Below the pieces are notes generated by a model. The model made no database searches and was not told where the DNA came from. It worked only from the letters and a program-made list of their open reading frames with translations. This document shows positions 8,031 through 16,568 of a stretch of DNA of 51,445 nucleotides, in pieces. The stretch's first letter is position 1; the number at the start of each line of letters is the position of its first letter. The DNA is from a virus (Duplodnaviria > Caudoviricetes). The stretch is from IMG/VR virus record IMGVR_UViG_3300020045_002964, positions 1 through 51,445 of that record. One strand, 5' to 3'. Made by a program: the position numbers and the translations under genes.

Positions 8031-8521
8031 ATGAAATAGATTATAAATATAATCAGATTCACATACTATCTAGTGGGACAGCAATCGTCGCACTCGACGT
8101 TAAAGCTATGAAATACCATATCGATGGTCGTTCTAGCAAGTGGACTGATGACAGTAAAGCTATTCTGCTAGGTTTATATGTAAAGCGTCGTAATATTCAA
8201 CGAGCACTAGAAGAGTTTGAAGATATTACAGGGCATAAGATTTCTCACAGTCAAGCATATCATATTCTGTTTAGGTTTGAACAAGCTCAACAAATGTTTG
8301 AGCGTGGCCCTATGAATATGATCTTTAAGTACCAGTCACAAGCTAATTCAACAACTACCAAAACAATCGCCGCACTCGACGCTGACCCTAGCATGATTGC
8401 TAAAGGTTATCGTTATGTAGCGTTTAAACTAGGCGTGCCTACTTCTATGGTAAGCCACGCTGTTAGAGAAAGATCACGTCGTGCTCAAAGAATGTCTACG
8501 CCACGCATATCAGAAGGTTGA
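8012..8521 (+). CDS. Putative HTH DNA-binding protein
   Basis: AGGAG RBS; two HTH-like segments (IQRALEEFEDITGHKISHSQAYHIL; GYRYVAFKLGVPTSMVSHAVR). Confidence 0.5.
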   Translation: METSTINEIDYKYNQIHILSSGTAIVALDVKAMKYHIDGRSSKWTDDSKAILLGLYVKRRNIQRALEEFEDITGHKISHSQAYHILFRFEQAQQMFERGPMNMIFKYQSQANSTTTKTIAALDADPSMIAKGYRYVAFKLGVPTSMVSHAVRERSRRAQRMSTPRISEG

Positions 8522-8843
8522 CCTTCATACTGAGAAGTTTCGTCACTTCAGTTATATGATTCAAGGTAATGAAGTACTTTCTGTCGGCACGAATCGACAA
8601 ATTAATCATCCTTGCATCTATCCTAGACAGACTTATCATGCCGAGTTTGTCGCATGGCAAAGAGGTAGGAAGCGAATCAACGTTCGCAAGCCCTGGCATA
8701 TGATTAATGTGCGCATCGGTAAAGATATGTTACTACATATCAGCAAGCCATGCCACATATGTGAATCACTTCTGCGATCAGCAGGTTGCAGTAAAGTAAT
8801 CTACACGATTGATGAAAGAACCACATCATGCTTGTCTTTTTAA
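8481..8843 (+). CDS. Zn-dependent cytidine/dCMP deaminase-family protein
   Basis: HAE and PCHIC motifs, GTN, KVIYT. Confidence 0.85.
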   Translation: MLKECLRHAYQKVDLHTEKFRHFSYMIQGNEVLSVGTNRQINHPCIYPRQTYHAEFVAWQRGRKRINVRKPWHMINVRIGKDMLLHISKPCHICESLLRSAGCSKVIYTIDERTTSCLSF

Positions 8844-8904
8844 TAATCCTGAGCATCGGCGTACTCGTCGCTATGATCGTTGCTCTAGCAAAGAGAGGTC
8901 GCAA

Positions 8905-9228
8905 ATGACTACGCTTACGTTTAATACATACGAACTAGATCGTGAAACCGCTCTACTGATGGGGTATAAGTACAATCATCAGATGGGTAGGCTTGTTATT
9001 AATAAGCCAGGTGAACCATCTAACATGATGCACCTATGGAACCCTACTAAGAATATCAATGATGCTCTTAGTATCTTGCAGCGGTTTCAAATGAAGTTCT
9101 ACTGGACTGGTGTTGATTGGTGCGTCTATAGCGATGATACTTTTGGTGGATACATTGACGCTAGGCACGTAGAGTTGCCAATCGCTATCTGTCAGTCACT
9201 GATTGAACACAAGATGAAAGGACGTTGA
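8905..9228 (+). CDS. NinX-like / phage ABA-sandwich-domain protein
   Basis: LDRETALLMGY...WNPTKNINDALSIL...LPIAICQSLI pattern; start after GAGAGG. Confidence 0.6.
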   Translation: MTTLTFNTYELDRETALLMGYKYNHQMGRLVINKPGEPSNMMHLWNPTKNINDALSILQRFQMKFYWTGVDWCVYSDDTFGGYIDARHVELPIAICQSLIEHKMKGR

Positions 9229-9516
9229 ATGGCAACGCCAACACAGTATGTTACTGGTAAAGAAAAAGTAGCTATTGTAAAGAAGTTCATATCTGATCAA
9301 TCTGTAGTAGGTATGGATGAATTTGTAGCTATGAGTGAGAACGAACGTGCTAGGCATTTCATGCGTGCAGAATTACGTGGCAGTATGGTTCATGATATTC
9401 TTATCGAACTCCCAATGACAGGTATCCAACGCATGAAGCATGAATCGCGTATGGATTATAATACAAAGACTGTTAAACGTGTAGCTAAACGTTATCGTAT
9501 GCCAGGAAGGTGTTAG
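9229..9516 (+). CDS. Hypothetical protein
   Basis: GAAAGGA RBS. Confidence 0.7.
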   Translation: MATPTQYVTGKEKVAIVKKFISDQSVVGMDEFVAMSENERARHFMRAELRGSMVHDILIELPMTGIQRMKHESRMDYNTKTVKRVAKRYRMPGRC

Positions 9517-9675
9517 ATGCCTACAGAAAGAGATATTGAAGACATTGTGAATGCTATAGATGAGCTAGCTTATGATAGAGCTAATAAGATAGATGTTCAG
9601 AAGAGTAAAGACGATTTAAAAGGGCTGCTTCTTAAAGTGTTTGTTCTTCCTTTGGCTGAGGACGAGCACGCATGA
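9517..9675 (+). CDS. Small hypothetical protein (52 aa)
   Basis: Hand-translated; GGAAGG RBS; ATGA overlap. Confidence 0.6.
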   Translation: MPTERDIEDIVNAIDELAYDRANKIDVQKSKDDLKGLLLKVFVLPLAEDEHA

Positions 9676-10229
9676 CACCTCAATTCTACTACCTATCGCC
9701 ATGCGCTAGAACGTCGGCAGAATGGTTAGCTGATAGGCATGTAGAAAGTAGTCTTACCTACATTCCACGACTACTATCTACTGCTGCGCAGTTTGTAGTA
9801 TGTGAAGCATCACCTATATTGTTACCTATATACAATCCAGCAGAACCGCATATGAAATGGTTGCTGAAAAGTGTATATAATTATCAATGGGGGTTAAGTT
9901 ATTACAACACACTCGTCGAACTCGGCGAATATAAGTTTAAGTTTAAGCATAATACATATCGATTACAACGTGAGCTAACTAAATACTTACATCTATTTCC
10001 AGATGTAGATTTCACACCACCACCGTGTCTATTCGATGAAGAATATATCTTAGACACTACGGAGAAGTCATATAGAAACTATTATAAACAAGTAGAAGCT
10101 AAAGCTGGTAGTTACCATAAGATGGTAACTCCTTTCTGGGTTAAAGTTTCCATGAGGTTGCCTATCGTTCGACAGTCTCAACAGTGGGTCAAGCCGCAAG
10201 AGTCCGACCCGTTCGCTGATTTGAAGTGA
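9672..10229 (+). CDS. Pyrimidine-dimer DNA glycosylase (DenV-like) family protein, degenerate
   Basis: FYYL...ADRHV......RLLSTA...WL..SVYNYQW...EY.FKF.H...TPPP...SYRNYY...PFW follows the family pattern. Confidence 0.65.
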   Translation: MTPQFYYLSPCARTSAEWLADRHVESSLTYIPRLLSTAAQFVVCEASPILLPIYNPAEPHMKWLLKSVYNYQWGLSYYNTLVELGEYKFKFKHNTYRLQRELTKYLHLFPDVDFTPPPCLFDEEYILDTTEKSYRNYYKQVEAKAGSYHKMVTPFWVKVSMRLPIVRQSQQWVKPQESDPFADLK

Positions 10230-10237
10230 TTTTCCGC

Positions 10238-10265
10238 TTGCATTTCGTTTCCGTCTCCGTATAAT
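10238..10265 (+). promoter_or_regulatory. sigma70-type promoter TTGCAT-N16-TATAAT
   Basis: Intergenic; consensus -10. Confidence 0.8.
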
Positions 10266-10328
10266 GGAGACATCACCCCCGCTCACAACCCCTGGCAAAG
10301 CCAGACCGAGCACAATAAGGAATATATC

Positions 10329-10823
10329 ATGCCTCTTCCAACCGCCCCCAAAGTCGAAACCACTTCTAGCGCTGCTCCCGCTGCTAGCGTTGCTACCGAA
10401 AAGAAAGCTGTTGTTATTAAGCAGTTCGGTAAAGCTAAGGATGATGCTGGTAACGACATTCCTGCACCATCAGCGCTAGGTGTTGATCTAGTCGCATTGT
10501 GCAAGAAGCTATATGACTTCACCCTCAGTGAACTAGGTACTGCTGGTGTTGATCCTGAGAAGTTCGTTGAAGCTCTTGAAATCAATAAGGAAAGCGTTCC
10601 AGGCCATAAGAATGGTAAGGCTGCATACGCAACTGCAAATGCTCTAGCTTCTATCTTCAAGCACAATGGTCTACTCAACAAGGCTCGTGGTGCTGGTGGT
10701 TATGCTAAGCTCAAGAACGACATTGCCAAGAAGGACAATGCTATCGAAGCACTCAAGGCTCGCCTTGTTGCAATGGGCATGAAGCCAGAAGAAATCGAAG
10801 CGACTCTTGCTTCAGTTGGCTAA
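10329..10823 (+). CDS. Probably abundant Ala/Lys-rich protein with its own promoter and terminator
   Basis: TAAGGA RBS; biased codon use; C-terminal coiled coil. Confidence 0.8.
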   Translation: MPLPTAPKVETTSSAAPAASVATEKKAVVIKQFGKAKDDAGNDIPAPSALGVDLVALCKKLYDFTLSELGTAGVDPEKFVEALEINKESVPGHKNGKAAYATANALASIFKHNGLLNKARGAGGYAKLKNDIAKKDNAIEALKARLVAMGMKPEEIEATLASVG

Positions 10824-10843
10824 GCGTTCATAACAAAATAAGT

Positions 10844-10880
10844 ACCCCTCGTATATGTAAAAGTATACGAGGGGTTTCTT
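10844..10880 (+). terminator. Intrinsic terminator
   Basis: ACCCCTCGTATA-tgtaaaag-TATACGAGGGGT followed by TTCTT. Confidence 0.85.
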
Positions 10881-10895
10881 TATGTAGGGGTTCAT

Positions 10896-11276
10896 GTGGC
10901 AGACGAACAACAAGCTAGTCCTTCTGTTACTGAGTTGATGACTTCTATTCATGTTAAGCATGAGCGTTATAAAAAGAACAAACAAAACGTAGTCTTCTGT
11001 ACTGCGATTCTCCCTATCAAGGAAAAGATCCTAAGAGAAGCATTACAGAGCAAAGAATATTATGATAAGTTATGCCCTGAGCTAACTAATGATATTGCTT
11101 TGATGAGGAAACGTTTAGAGTTCTCTACTAATTATCTGCATGACCATGAAGAACAAGGTACAGAGATTAAAGAAGCAGAAGCGATTGCTCGCAAGATTAA
11201 GAAATTAGAACAACAGATGATTGAACTTCGTAAGAAGGAAGCTGAGATAAAACTCAGTCCAAATGTAGGCAACTAA
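10896..11276 (+). CDS. Coiled-coil hypothetical protein
   Basis: 126-aa ORF, GTG start. Confidence 0.65.
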   Translation: MADEQQASPSVTELMTSIHVKHERYKKNKQNVVFCTAILPIKEKILREALQSKEYYDKLCPELTNDIALMRKRLEFSTNYLHDHEEQGTEIKEAEAIARKIKKLEQQMIELRKKEAEIKLSPNVGN

Positions 11277-11552
11277 ATGGACTCAGCTGTACTTAGAGAG
11301 AAGGTGAAGAAAGCTCGACGTTTAGTCGAAGAGTACTCATCTAAAAAGATTAGGTTGGAAGTATTAATCCAATCTAGTAAAGAATCTACAAGTACAAATG
11401 AGAAAGGTATCCTTCTGATTTGGATAGACTCAGTAAGTAAGTGGTTAGAAAATAACAAAGAGGATTACGAACGTGCGTTAGTTTTCTCTAAGATTCCTGA
11501 ATCAGACCTAGAACAATTAGAAGCATGTGATAGGGCTCTCTATGGCGGTTGA
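11277..11552 (+). CDS. Hypothetical protein
   Basis: Abuts the previous stop codon. Confidence 0.65.
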   Translation: MDSAVLREKVKKARRLVEEYSSKKIRLEVLIQSSKESTSTNEKGILLIWIDSVSKWLENNKEDYERALVFSKIPESDLEQLEACDRALYGG

Positions 11553-11847
11553 GTACGATCAAGAAAAGTTTGTATCAGATTGGGCTACTAAAATTCTAAA
11601 GCTCCCAGCAGATAAAGCTGATCGCTTTCATGTAGCAGCAGAAATGATTAATCAATATAAGAATTTTCAAACGGCAGTAGCATTAGTATTTGGGCTATCG
11701 TTTGCCACGCATAAGGAGTATGCCGTAGCTGCTGCGGAACATTGGAAAGCTAATTTTGGTAAAGATGAAAAGGCTACGGCTGAATATGTTGTTCAGTTCC
11801 GTGATTACTATATCAACGAAGTCGTCGCTTACCCAGCTGACGCATAA
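11542..11847 (+). CDS. Hypothetical protein
   Basis: ATG 11542 preferred over the upstream GTG. Confidence 0.65.
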   Translation: MAVEYDQEKFVSDWATKILKLPADKADRFHVAAEMINQYKNFQTAVALVFGLSFATHKEYAVAAAEHWKANFGKDEKATAEYVVQFRDYYINEVVAYPADA

Positions 11848-11864
11848 ACAGAAAGAACTATATC

Positions 11865-12119
11865 ATGTCTGACAACTTCACTCGCCGCACTCTCATCGAA
11901 GCACTTGTCGAAGCTCTAGGCTTAGATGATACTGATATTCGCATCACTTCTGCTAACGATGATGGCGATGTTACTATCAAGTTCACTGGCCTACCTCTTG
12001 ATGATGCTGTTGAAGAAGATGCAGAGGATGACGAAGATGATAGTGAAGATGATGAAGACAGCGATGATGCTGTCGAAGAAGATGCGAATGATACGAGCGA
12101 CATCGAATCACCTGAGTAA
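11865..12119 (+). CDS. Highly acidic small protein
   Basis: D/E-rich C-terminal half with a repeated DDAVEEDA. Confidence 0.75.
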   Translation: MSDNFTRRTLIEALVEALGLDDTDIRITSANDDGDVTIKFTGLPLDDAVEEDAEDDEDDSEDDEDSDDAVEEDANDTSDIESPE

Positions 12120-12128
12120 ATAAATTTT

Positions 12129-12242
12129 GGTGAAGGAAGTAGTTAATAGTTCTAAATCCTGTGTAGTGAGCTTGTCCGCTAGCGGGTTACTGAAAAGAGT
12201 TCTATTAGCTGGTGTAAGAATCGGGCATCCCTTCATCTTTTT
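12129..12242 (+). ncRNA. Candidate structured intergenic RNA or attenuator
   Basis: GGTGAAGG/CCTTCATC closing stem, AGTTAATAG/CTATTAGCT inner stem, T-run after. Confidence 0.3.
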
Positions 12243-12256
12243 GTTTGTGAGCTATA

Positions 12257-12622
12257 ATGAGAGACGCTAAAAATTGGCAGCATATAGCTAAGATTATAAA
12301 GGATTTGAATTTACCTGTTAGCGATTCAGAAGTTGATATAGGTAAGAAGATGGTGCTTGTAGCTTCAATGGGTGCAGCACTTAGATTAGATGAACCGCAT
12401 TACGTCGCATACGAAGAATTAACTGATATGATCTGCCATCAGTTAGGTATTGTAATGTGGTTAGGCTCATGGGTTATTCATGTGCGTGCATGTGTAGAAA
12501 AATACCCTATCGAGTGGTTCTTTGAGTTAGGTAATTGTGAATTGTTTTACTTCAACTATAAGAAGTATTACAAGGAAGTTCAACGTATTAGTCAAGTAGA
12601 AACAGGAGTTAGATTGGTATGA
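12257..12622 (+). CDS. Hypothetical protein
   Basis: 121-aa ORF. Confidence 0.65.
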   Translation: MRDAKNWQHIAKIIKDLNLPVSDSEVDIGKKMVLVASMGAALRLDEPHYVAYEELTDMICHQLGIVMWLGSWVIHVRACVEKYPIEWFFELGNCELFYFNYKKYYKEVQRISQVETGVRLV

Positions 12623-13053
12623 GCATGCAAGAATTGTTCGATCAATTAGGAATTAAAGATGATCGCACAAGGATTCTTGCTGTCGTATCATCACCTCAAG
12701 TTTTCTTTGATAGGTGCCGTACAGAAGATGAAGCTATGATTGTAGCAGCACCTTTTATAAAGCACACACTTCTGCATATCATTCAGATAAAGAGTCAGCA
12801 TTTAGATTGCTTAGCTGCTTGCTATCGTAACATTCAATATGCTATTACACGCGACGTACTCTACGCTATGCGCGATCAAGCATACCTAGATACATTCATA
12901 GCTTGGGCTAAGACTACAGTTGCTAAAGTTCTAGATATGCATATTGATTTCTCTGTTAGGTATATTAATTTTATTCAAGAAGAGACGGGCATTCCTGTCT
13001 TCGCTACATACAAAGAGTACGAGGAATACAATGAGCGGCAAAGTAAAGCTTAA
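12619..13053 (+). CDS. Hypothetical protein
   Basis: AGGAG RBS; ATGA overlap. Confidence 0.7.
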   Translation: MSMQELFDQLGIKDDRTRILAVVSSPQVFFDRCRTEDEAMIVAAPFIKHTLLHIIQIKSQHLDCLAACYRNIQYAITRDVLYAMRDQAYLDTFIAWAKTTVAKVLDMHIDFSVRYINFIQEETGIPVFATYKEYEEYNERQSKA

Positions 13054-13249
13054 ATATACATTTGAGCAGACAATAGAAGTACAGCGCAGCTGGTACAATG
13101 GTAATCACGTTAATGAAGCATTAGACGGCAACCAAGGTACAGATGAGCACATCATTGCTATCGAATCAGAAAATGAACGTCTGCGCCAAGTTATTGAAGA
13201 ACAAGTAATGCAAGGTGAAGGCACAGTAAAGGTTGAGTTAGTTCAATGA
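13031..13249 (+). CDS. Hypothetical protein
   Basis: ATG 13031 after GAGGA RBS. Confidence 0.65.
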   Translation: MSGKVKLKYTFEQTIEVQRSWYNGNHVNEALDGNQGTDEHIIAIESENERLRQVIEEQVMQGEGTVKVELVQ

Positions 13250-13665
13250 AAGCAGAAGAGATAAAGTTTAAGAAGAAGTTCAACGAGTACGCAGAAACGT
13301 ATGGTGCTTGGACTAAAGTAACGCACGGTAATCAGTACTGTGCTGGGCTTCCAGATACAATAATTGTATCAACTAAAAAACTTACTTCATTTGTTGAAGC
13401 TAAGTTTTGGAGTAATGCCAATCCTCCAAAAGATTTTCATGATGTTCAATGTTTACTTAAAGGCGCACAGGTTAATGTTATTAAACATCAAATGTGGCCG
13501 CGTGATGCAGCTTGTTTGATTGTTGCTGTAATAGGTAATGATCTAGACAATTGTGCTGTATGTTATAAAGATCGGTTCACTATTGTTCCGTGGAAGCATG
13601 TAGCAAAACTCCTTGCAATCTCTACGGACTTCGATACGGTCCTCAACCATGTCTTTCCAAATTGA
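13246..13665 (+). CDS. PD-(D/E)XK nuclease (VRR-NUC / Holliday-junction resolvase-like)
   Basis: E..F...GLPDTIIV...FVEAK motif next to a SNF2 helicase. Confidence 0.8.
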   Translation: MKAEEIKFKKKFNEYAETYGAWTKVTHGNQYCAGLPDTIIVSTKKLTSFVEAKFWSNANPPKDFHDVQCLLKGAQVNVIKHQMWPRDAACLIVAVIGNDLDNCAVCYKDRFTIVPWKHVAKLLAISTDFDTVLNHVFPN

Positions 13666-15520
13666 CGTCTATAACGGTAATACATTACTTCTAATACCTG
13701 ATTTTTACGACGCATCAGATCACGAAAAGTTTAAAGGATTTCCTGAGCGTCGTTGGCATAATAGTAATGGGATCACAGGTTGGTCTGTACCTGTAACACA
13801 GCCTAATATTGCTTGGTTAGAATCTAATTGGGTTAAAGGTCAAGACTATAAGGTTCGTCCTTCTGCTCGTATTCTATTAGCAGAACAGATCCTTACTGTT
13901 AAAGTTGATGAGCTTAAGACTGCTAAGCGTTGGGAATATTTGTTCGAGAACAAACCACCAACGTTTGATTATCCTTGTGTATTGAAACCATTCGATCATC
14001 AACGTGTAACAGTAGAAGCTGCGTATGGTGCTGCTTATTTCGGTCTACTCATGGAGATGGGCACTGGAAAGACTAAGTGTTTCATCGATGAGACTATGTT
14101 ATATGGGCTAGGTCTAAAAGAAAACGAACTCTTAAAGATTGTAGTTACATGCCCGAAAGGTTTAATTGGTAATTGGGAACGTGAGTTTAAGAAGAACTAT
14201 CCAGATCACTTTCTCAACTATCACATCGCTTGCTTGAACAAAGGCGAACTCAAAGCAATCGGCCAGATCACAGATTTACTTTGCAGTACAGCTAACATTA
14301 AGATTGTAATTGTAAGTCAAGATAGTGTAGCCACACTTCTGCCTTACCTGCTATTGCTTAAGCCTACGATTCTAGGTATTGATGAATCACATTACTTGAA
14401 GAACCCAAGTACTCAACGTTGGAAGTCGATTAAGTTGTTGGCAGAAGCATCATCGATGCGCCGTATCTTGACTGGTACGCCGATTGCAAACAACATTATG
14501 GATGTATGGTCACAGTTTGAATTGCTTCGCCCAGGTGTGTTAGGCTATAGTACATTCAATGCGTTCAAGCAACGGTTCGCAGAGTATAATGATTGGAATG
14601 GCCATAGTACAGTTACAGGTTATAAAGATGAGAACATTGCTGAGCTACAAGAAGCAATGGCTAAGTGTTCATTCGTTGTTAAGAAATCAGAATGCTTAGA
14701 CCTACCGCCTAAGCGTTATGATACTATGAAGTTTGAGATGCCGCCAGCAATGCGTGACATCTATGAGAAGTTTAGCACTGAGTTCTTCGTTCAATTAGAG
14801 AATGGCTCAACAGTAGAGACTGAGTTTATTATTGTTCAGATGTTAAAGCTATCACAGATTTGCAGTGGTTATGTTTCTGCCATTAAGAAGGTAGAGATGG
14901 GCGACGCATTCAACGAGAATGAAGAACCGGAAATCACACGTAGTATTGAATACATTCCTGGTGGTGATACGAAGCTAGAAGGGTTGCTTGAACGTGCAGA
15001 TGATGTGTTACGTGAAGGTAAGTTAATTATCTGGTCACGATTCAAGTTAGATAGCGAAGCTATTCATCGTGCTTTAACTGAGAAGTATAAAGATCGTGGA
15101 TGGTTTGGAGGTAAGTATGATAGTACAGTTAATGATGCTACTAGAGAGTATAATAAGTGCGCCTTCGGGGATATGGCTAAAGACGGACCAACAGCTGGTA
15201 ATGATAATTTTAGATGGTTATGTGGTTCCCCGCGTGCTGGCGGAGTCGGCCTTACTTTACTTGGCACTCTTAATGTACGGTGTACGAATGTCTTCTACTA
15301 TAACAATGACTTCAACTTCGGTGCGCGTGATCAATCAGAAGATCGAGTACATCGAATTGGTTTAAAGAATCCGGTACTATATACTGACTTCGTATATGAA
15401 GATAGTATTGAAGAATACATTGCGCAGAAGTTACAGAACAAGCGCGACCTTGCTACAGCAGTTAAGAATGTTGGCGAGATTCGTGAACTACTACTTAAAG
15501 GAAGCAAGGTGAATGCGTGA
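13649..15520 (+). CDS. SNF2-family (SF2) helicase
   Basis: MEMGTGKT, IDESH, LTGTP, GGVGLTL, QSEDRVHRIG. Confidence 0.93.
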   Translation: MSFQIDVYNGNTLLLIPDFYDASDHEKFKGFPERRWHNSNGITGWSVPVTQPNIAWLESNWVKGQDYKVRPSARILLAEQILTVKVDELKTAKRWEYLFENKPPTFDYPCVLKPFDHQRVTVEAAYGAAYFGLLMEMGTGKTKCFIDETMLYGLGLKENELLKIVVTCPKGLIGNWEREFKKNYPDHFLNYHIACLNKGELKAIGQITDLLCSTANIKIVIVSQDSVATLLPYLLLLKPTILGIDESHYLKNPSTQRWKSIKLLAEASSMRRILTGTPIANNIMDVWSQFELLRPGVLGYSTFNAFKQRFAEYNDWNGHSTVTGYKDENIAELQEAMAKCSFVVKKSECLDLPPKRYDTMKFEMPPAMRDIYEKFSTEFFVQLENGSTVETEFIIVQMLKLSQICSGYVSAIKKVEMGDAFNENEEPEITRSIEYIPGGDTKLEGLLERADDVLREGKLIIWSRFKLDSEAIHRALTEKYKDRGWFGGKYDSTVNDATREYNKCAFGDMAKDGPTAGNDNFRWLCGSPRAGGVGLTLLGTLNVRCTNVFYYNNDFNFGARDQSEDRVHRIGLKNPVLYTDFVYEDSIEEYIAQKLQNKRDLATAVKNVGEIRELLLKGSKVNA

Positions 15521-15645
15521 TGGACCGATTTAAACAGACGATTAAAAACCTACTAATGATACTTTGTTATATTGGTATCTTCCTAGGCGGTTGTATGATT
15601 ATAGCTGCTGGGTTACTGGCAGCTTATGAGGAGTTTATCCGATGA
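15520..15645 (+). CDS. Small membrane protein (41 aa)
   Basis: Hand-translated; overlaps both neighbours; one TM. Confidence 0.55.
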   Translation: MDRFKQTIKNLLMILCYIGIFLGGCMIIAAGLLAAYEEFIR

Positions 15646-15974
15646 ACTTATATCGATGTGTGTTTAAGGGCAATGAGAATTACGATTCAGCTTTAGATTT
15701 TCTAACGCCTTATGATACCATGATTACAATATTTCCAGATGGTGTAGAGAATGCGCCGTCTGATCTATCACCATACCAAAGGCAAATCGACAATGTCTTA
15801 GGTGACGCTGACCCGCGTGATTTAATTATCTTCAACGGGCCATCATGGTTGATCGCATTAGTTGGGCATCGTTGGTATTCAGATGAAGAACGTAAACATC
15901 ACAACGTGTTGGTGTTTGATAAAGAACTAGGCAAGTATAAGCGTCTAACGCTAGGAGCAATCGATGACTATTGA
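15642..15974 (+). CDS. Hypothetical alpha/beta protein
   Basis: GAGGAG RBS; D.IIFNGP...LVFD...Y. Confidence 0.75.
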   Translation: MNLYRCVFKGNENYDSALDFLTPYDTMITIFPDGVENAPSDLSPYQRQIDNVLGDADPRDLIIFNGPSWLIALVGHRWYSDEERKHHNVLVFDKELGKYKRLTLGAIDDY

Positions 15975-16488
15975 TGAGAAGAAGTTAGCTCAGAGTTTAC
16001 AAACTTTGATCAATGAATTTCAAACAGCAGCTACAGTAGTTGATGAATTCTTCGGGCCAGTTGTAACAGGCACACAAGCAGCACCATTAACAGTGCATCT
16101 TCTGCTATATGGTATGATGGACCATCTGAAAGACGTATGCGAAGCACTCACCAAAACGTGTAATAAGCATATGCCAGAAGTTGCAGAGCGCGCAGAGAAG
16201 TTAATGACTAATGAACAGATGGATAGCATCGAGTTCATGGGTAAGAAGTGGAGCGTTGGTACTAAAGATTATGCGCAAGTATCAGCAGCTAATAAAGGTC
16301 TATGTATTAAATGGCTACAAGACCATCCTCTGTTAAAGAGTTTGGTTGGTTTAGATTACCACCCAGCATCATTACAGAAAGGTATTAAAGAATTGTATAT
16401 CGATAAAGGCGAACAAGAAAAGATTCCGCCTTTCATTAGTGTGTTTAGTAAGCGTGTTCTTACTGCACGTAAGACAAGAGGTAGCTAA
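15964..16488 (+). CDS. Hypothetical replication-module protein
   Basis: AGGAG RBS; lies between helicase and SSB-like gene. Confidence 0.75.
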   Translation: MTIDEKKLAQSLQTLINEFQTAATVVDEFFGPVVTGTQAAPLTVHLLLYGMMDHLKDVCEALTKTCNKHMPEVAERAEKLMTNEQMDSIEFMGKKWSVGTKDYAQVSAANKGLCIKWLQDHPLLKSLVGLDYHPASLQKGIKELYIDKGEQEKIPPFISVFSKRVLTARKTRGS

Positions 16489-16497
16489 ACAAACTTC

Positions 16498-16525
16498 TTG
16501 ATTTTTAGAAATACCTTGGTATAAT
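16498..16525 (+). promoter_or_regulatory. sigma70-type promoter TTGATT-N16-TATAAT (TGn extended -10)
   Basis: Intergenic, upstream of the SSB-like gene. Confidence 0.8.
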
Positions 16526-16568
16526 AGAATCCATAACACTTGCCACTTAGCATGGCAGAAAGACGCAT

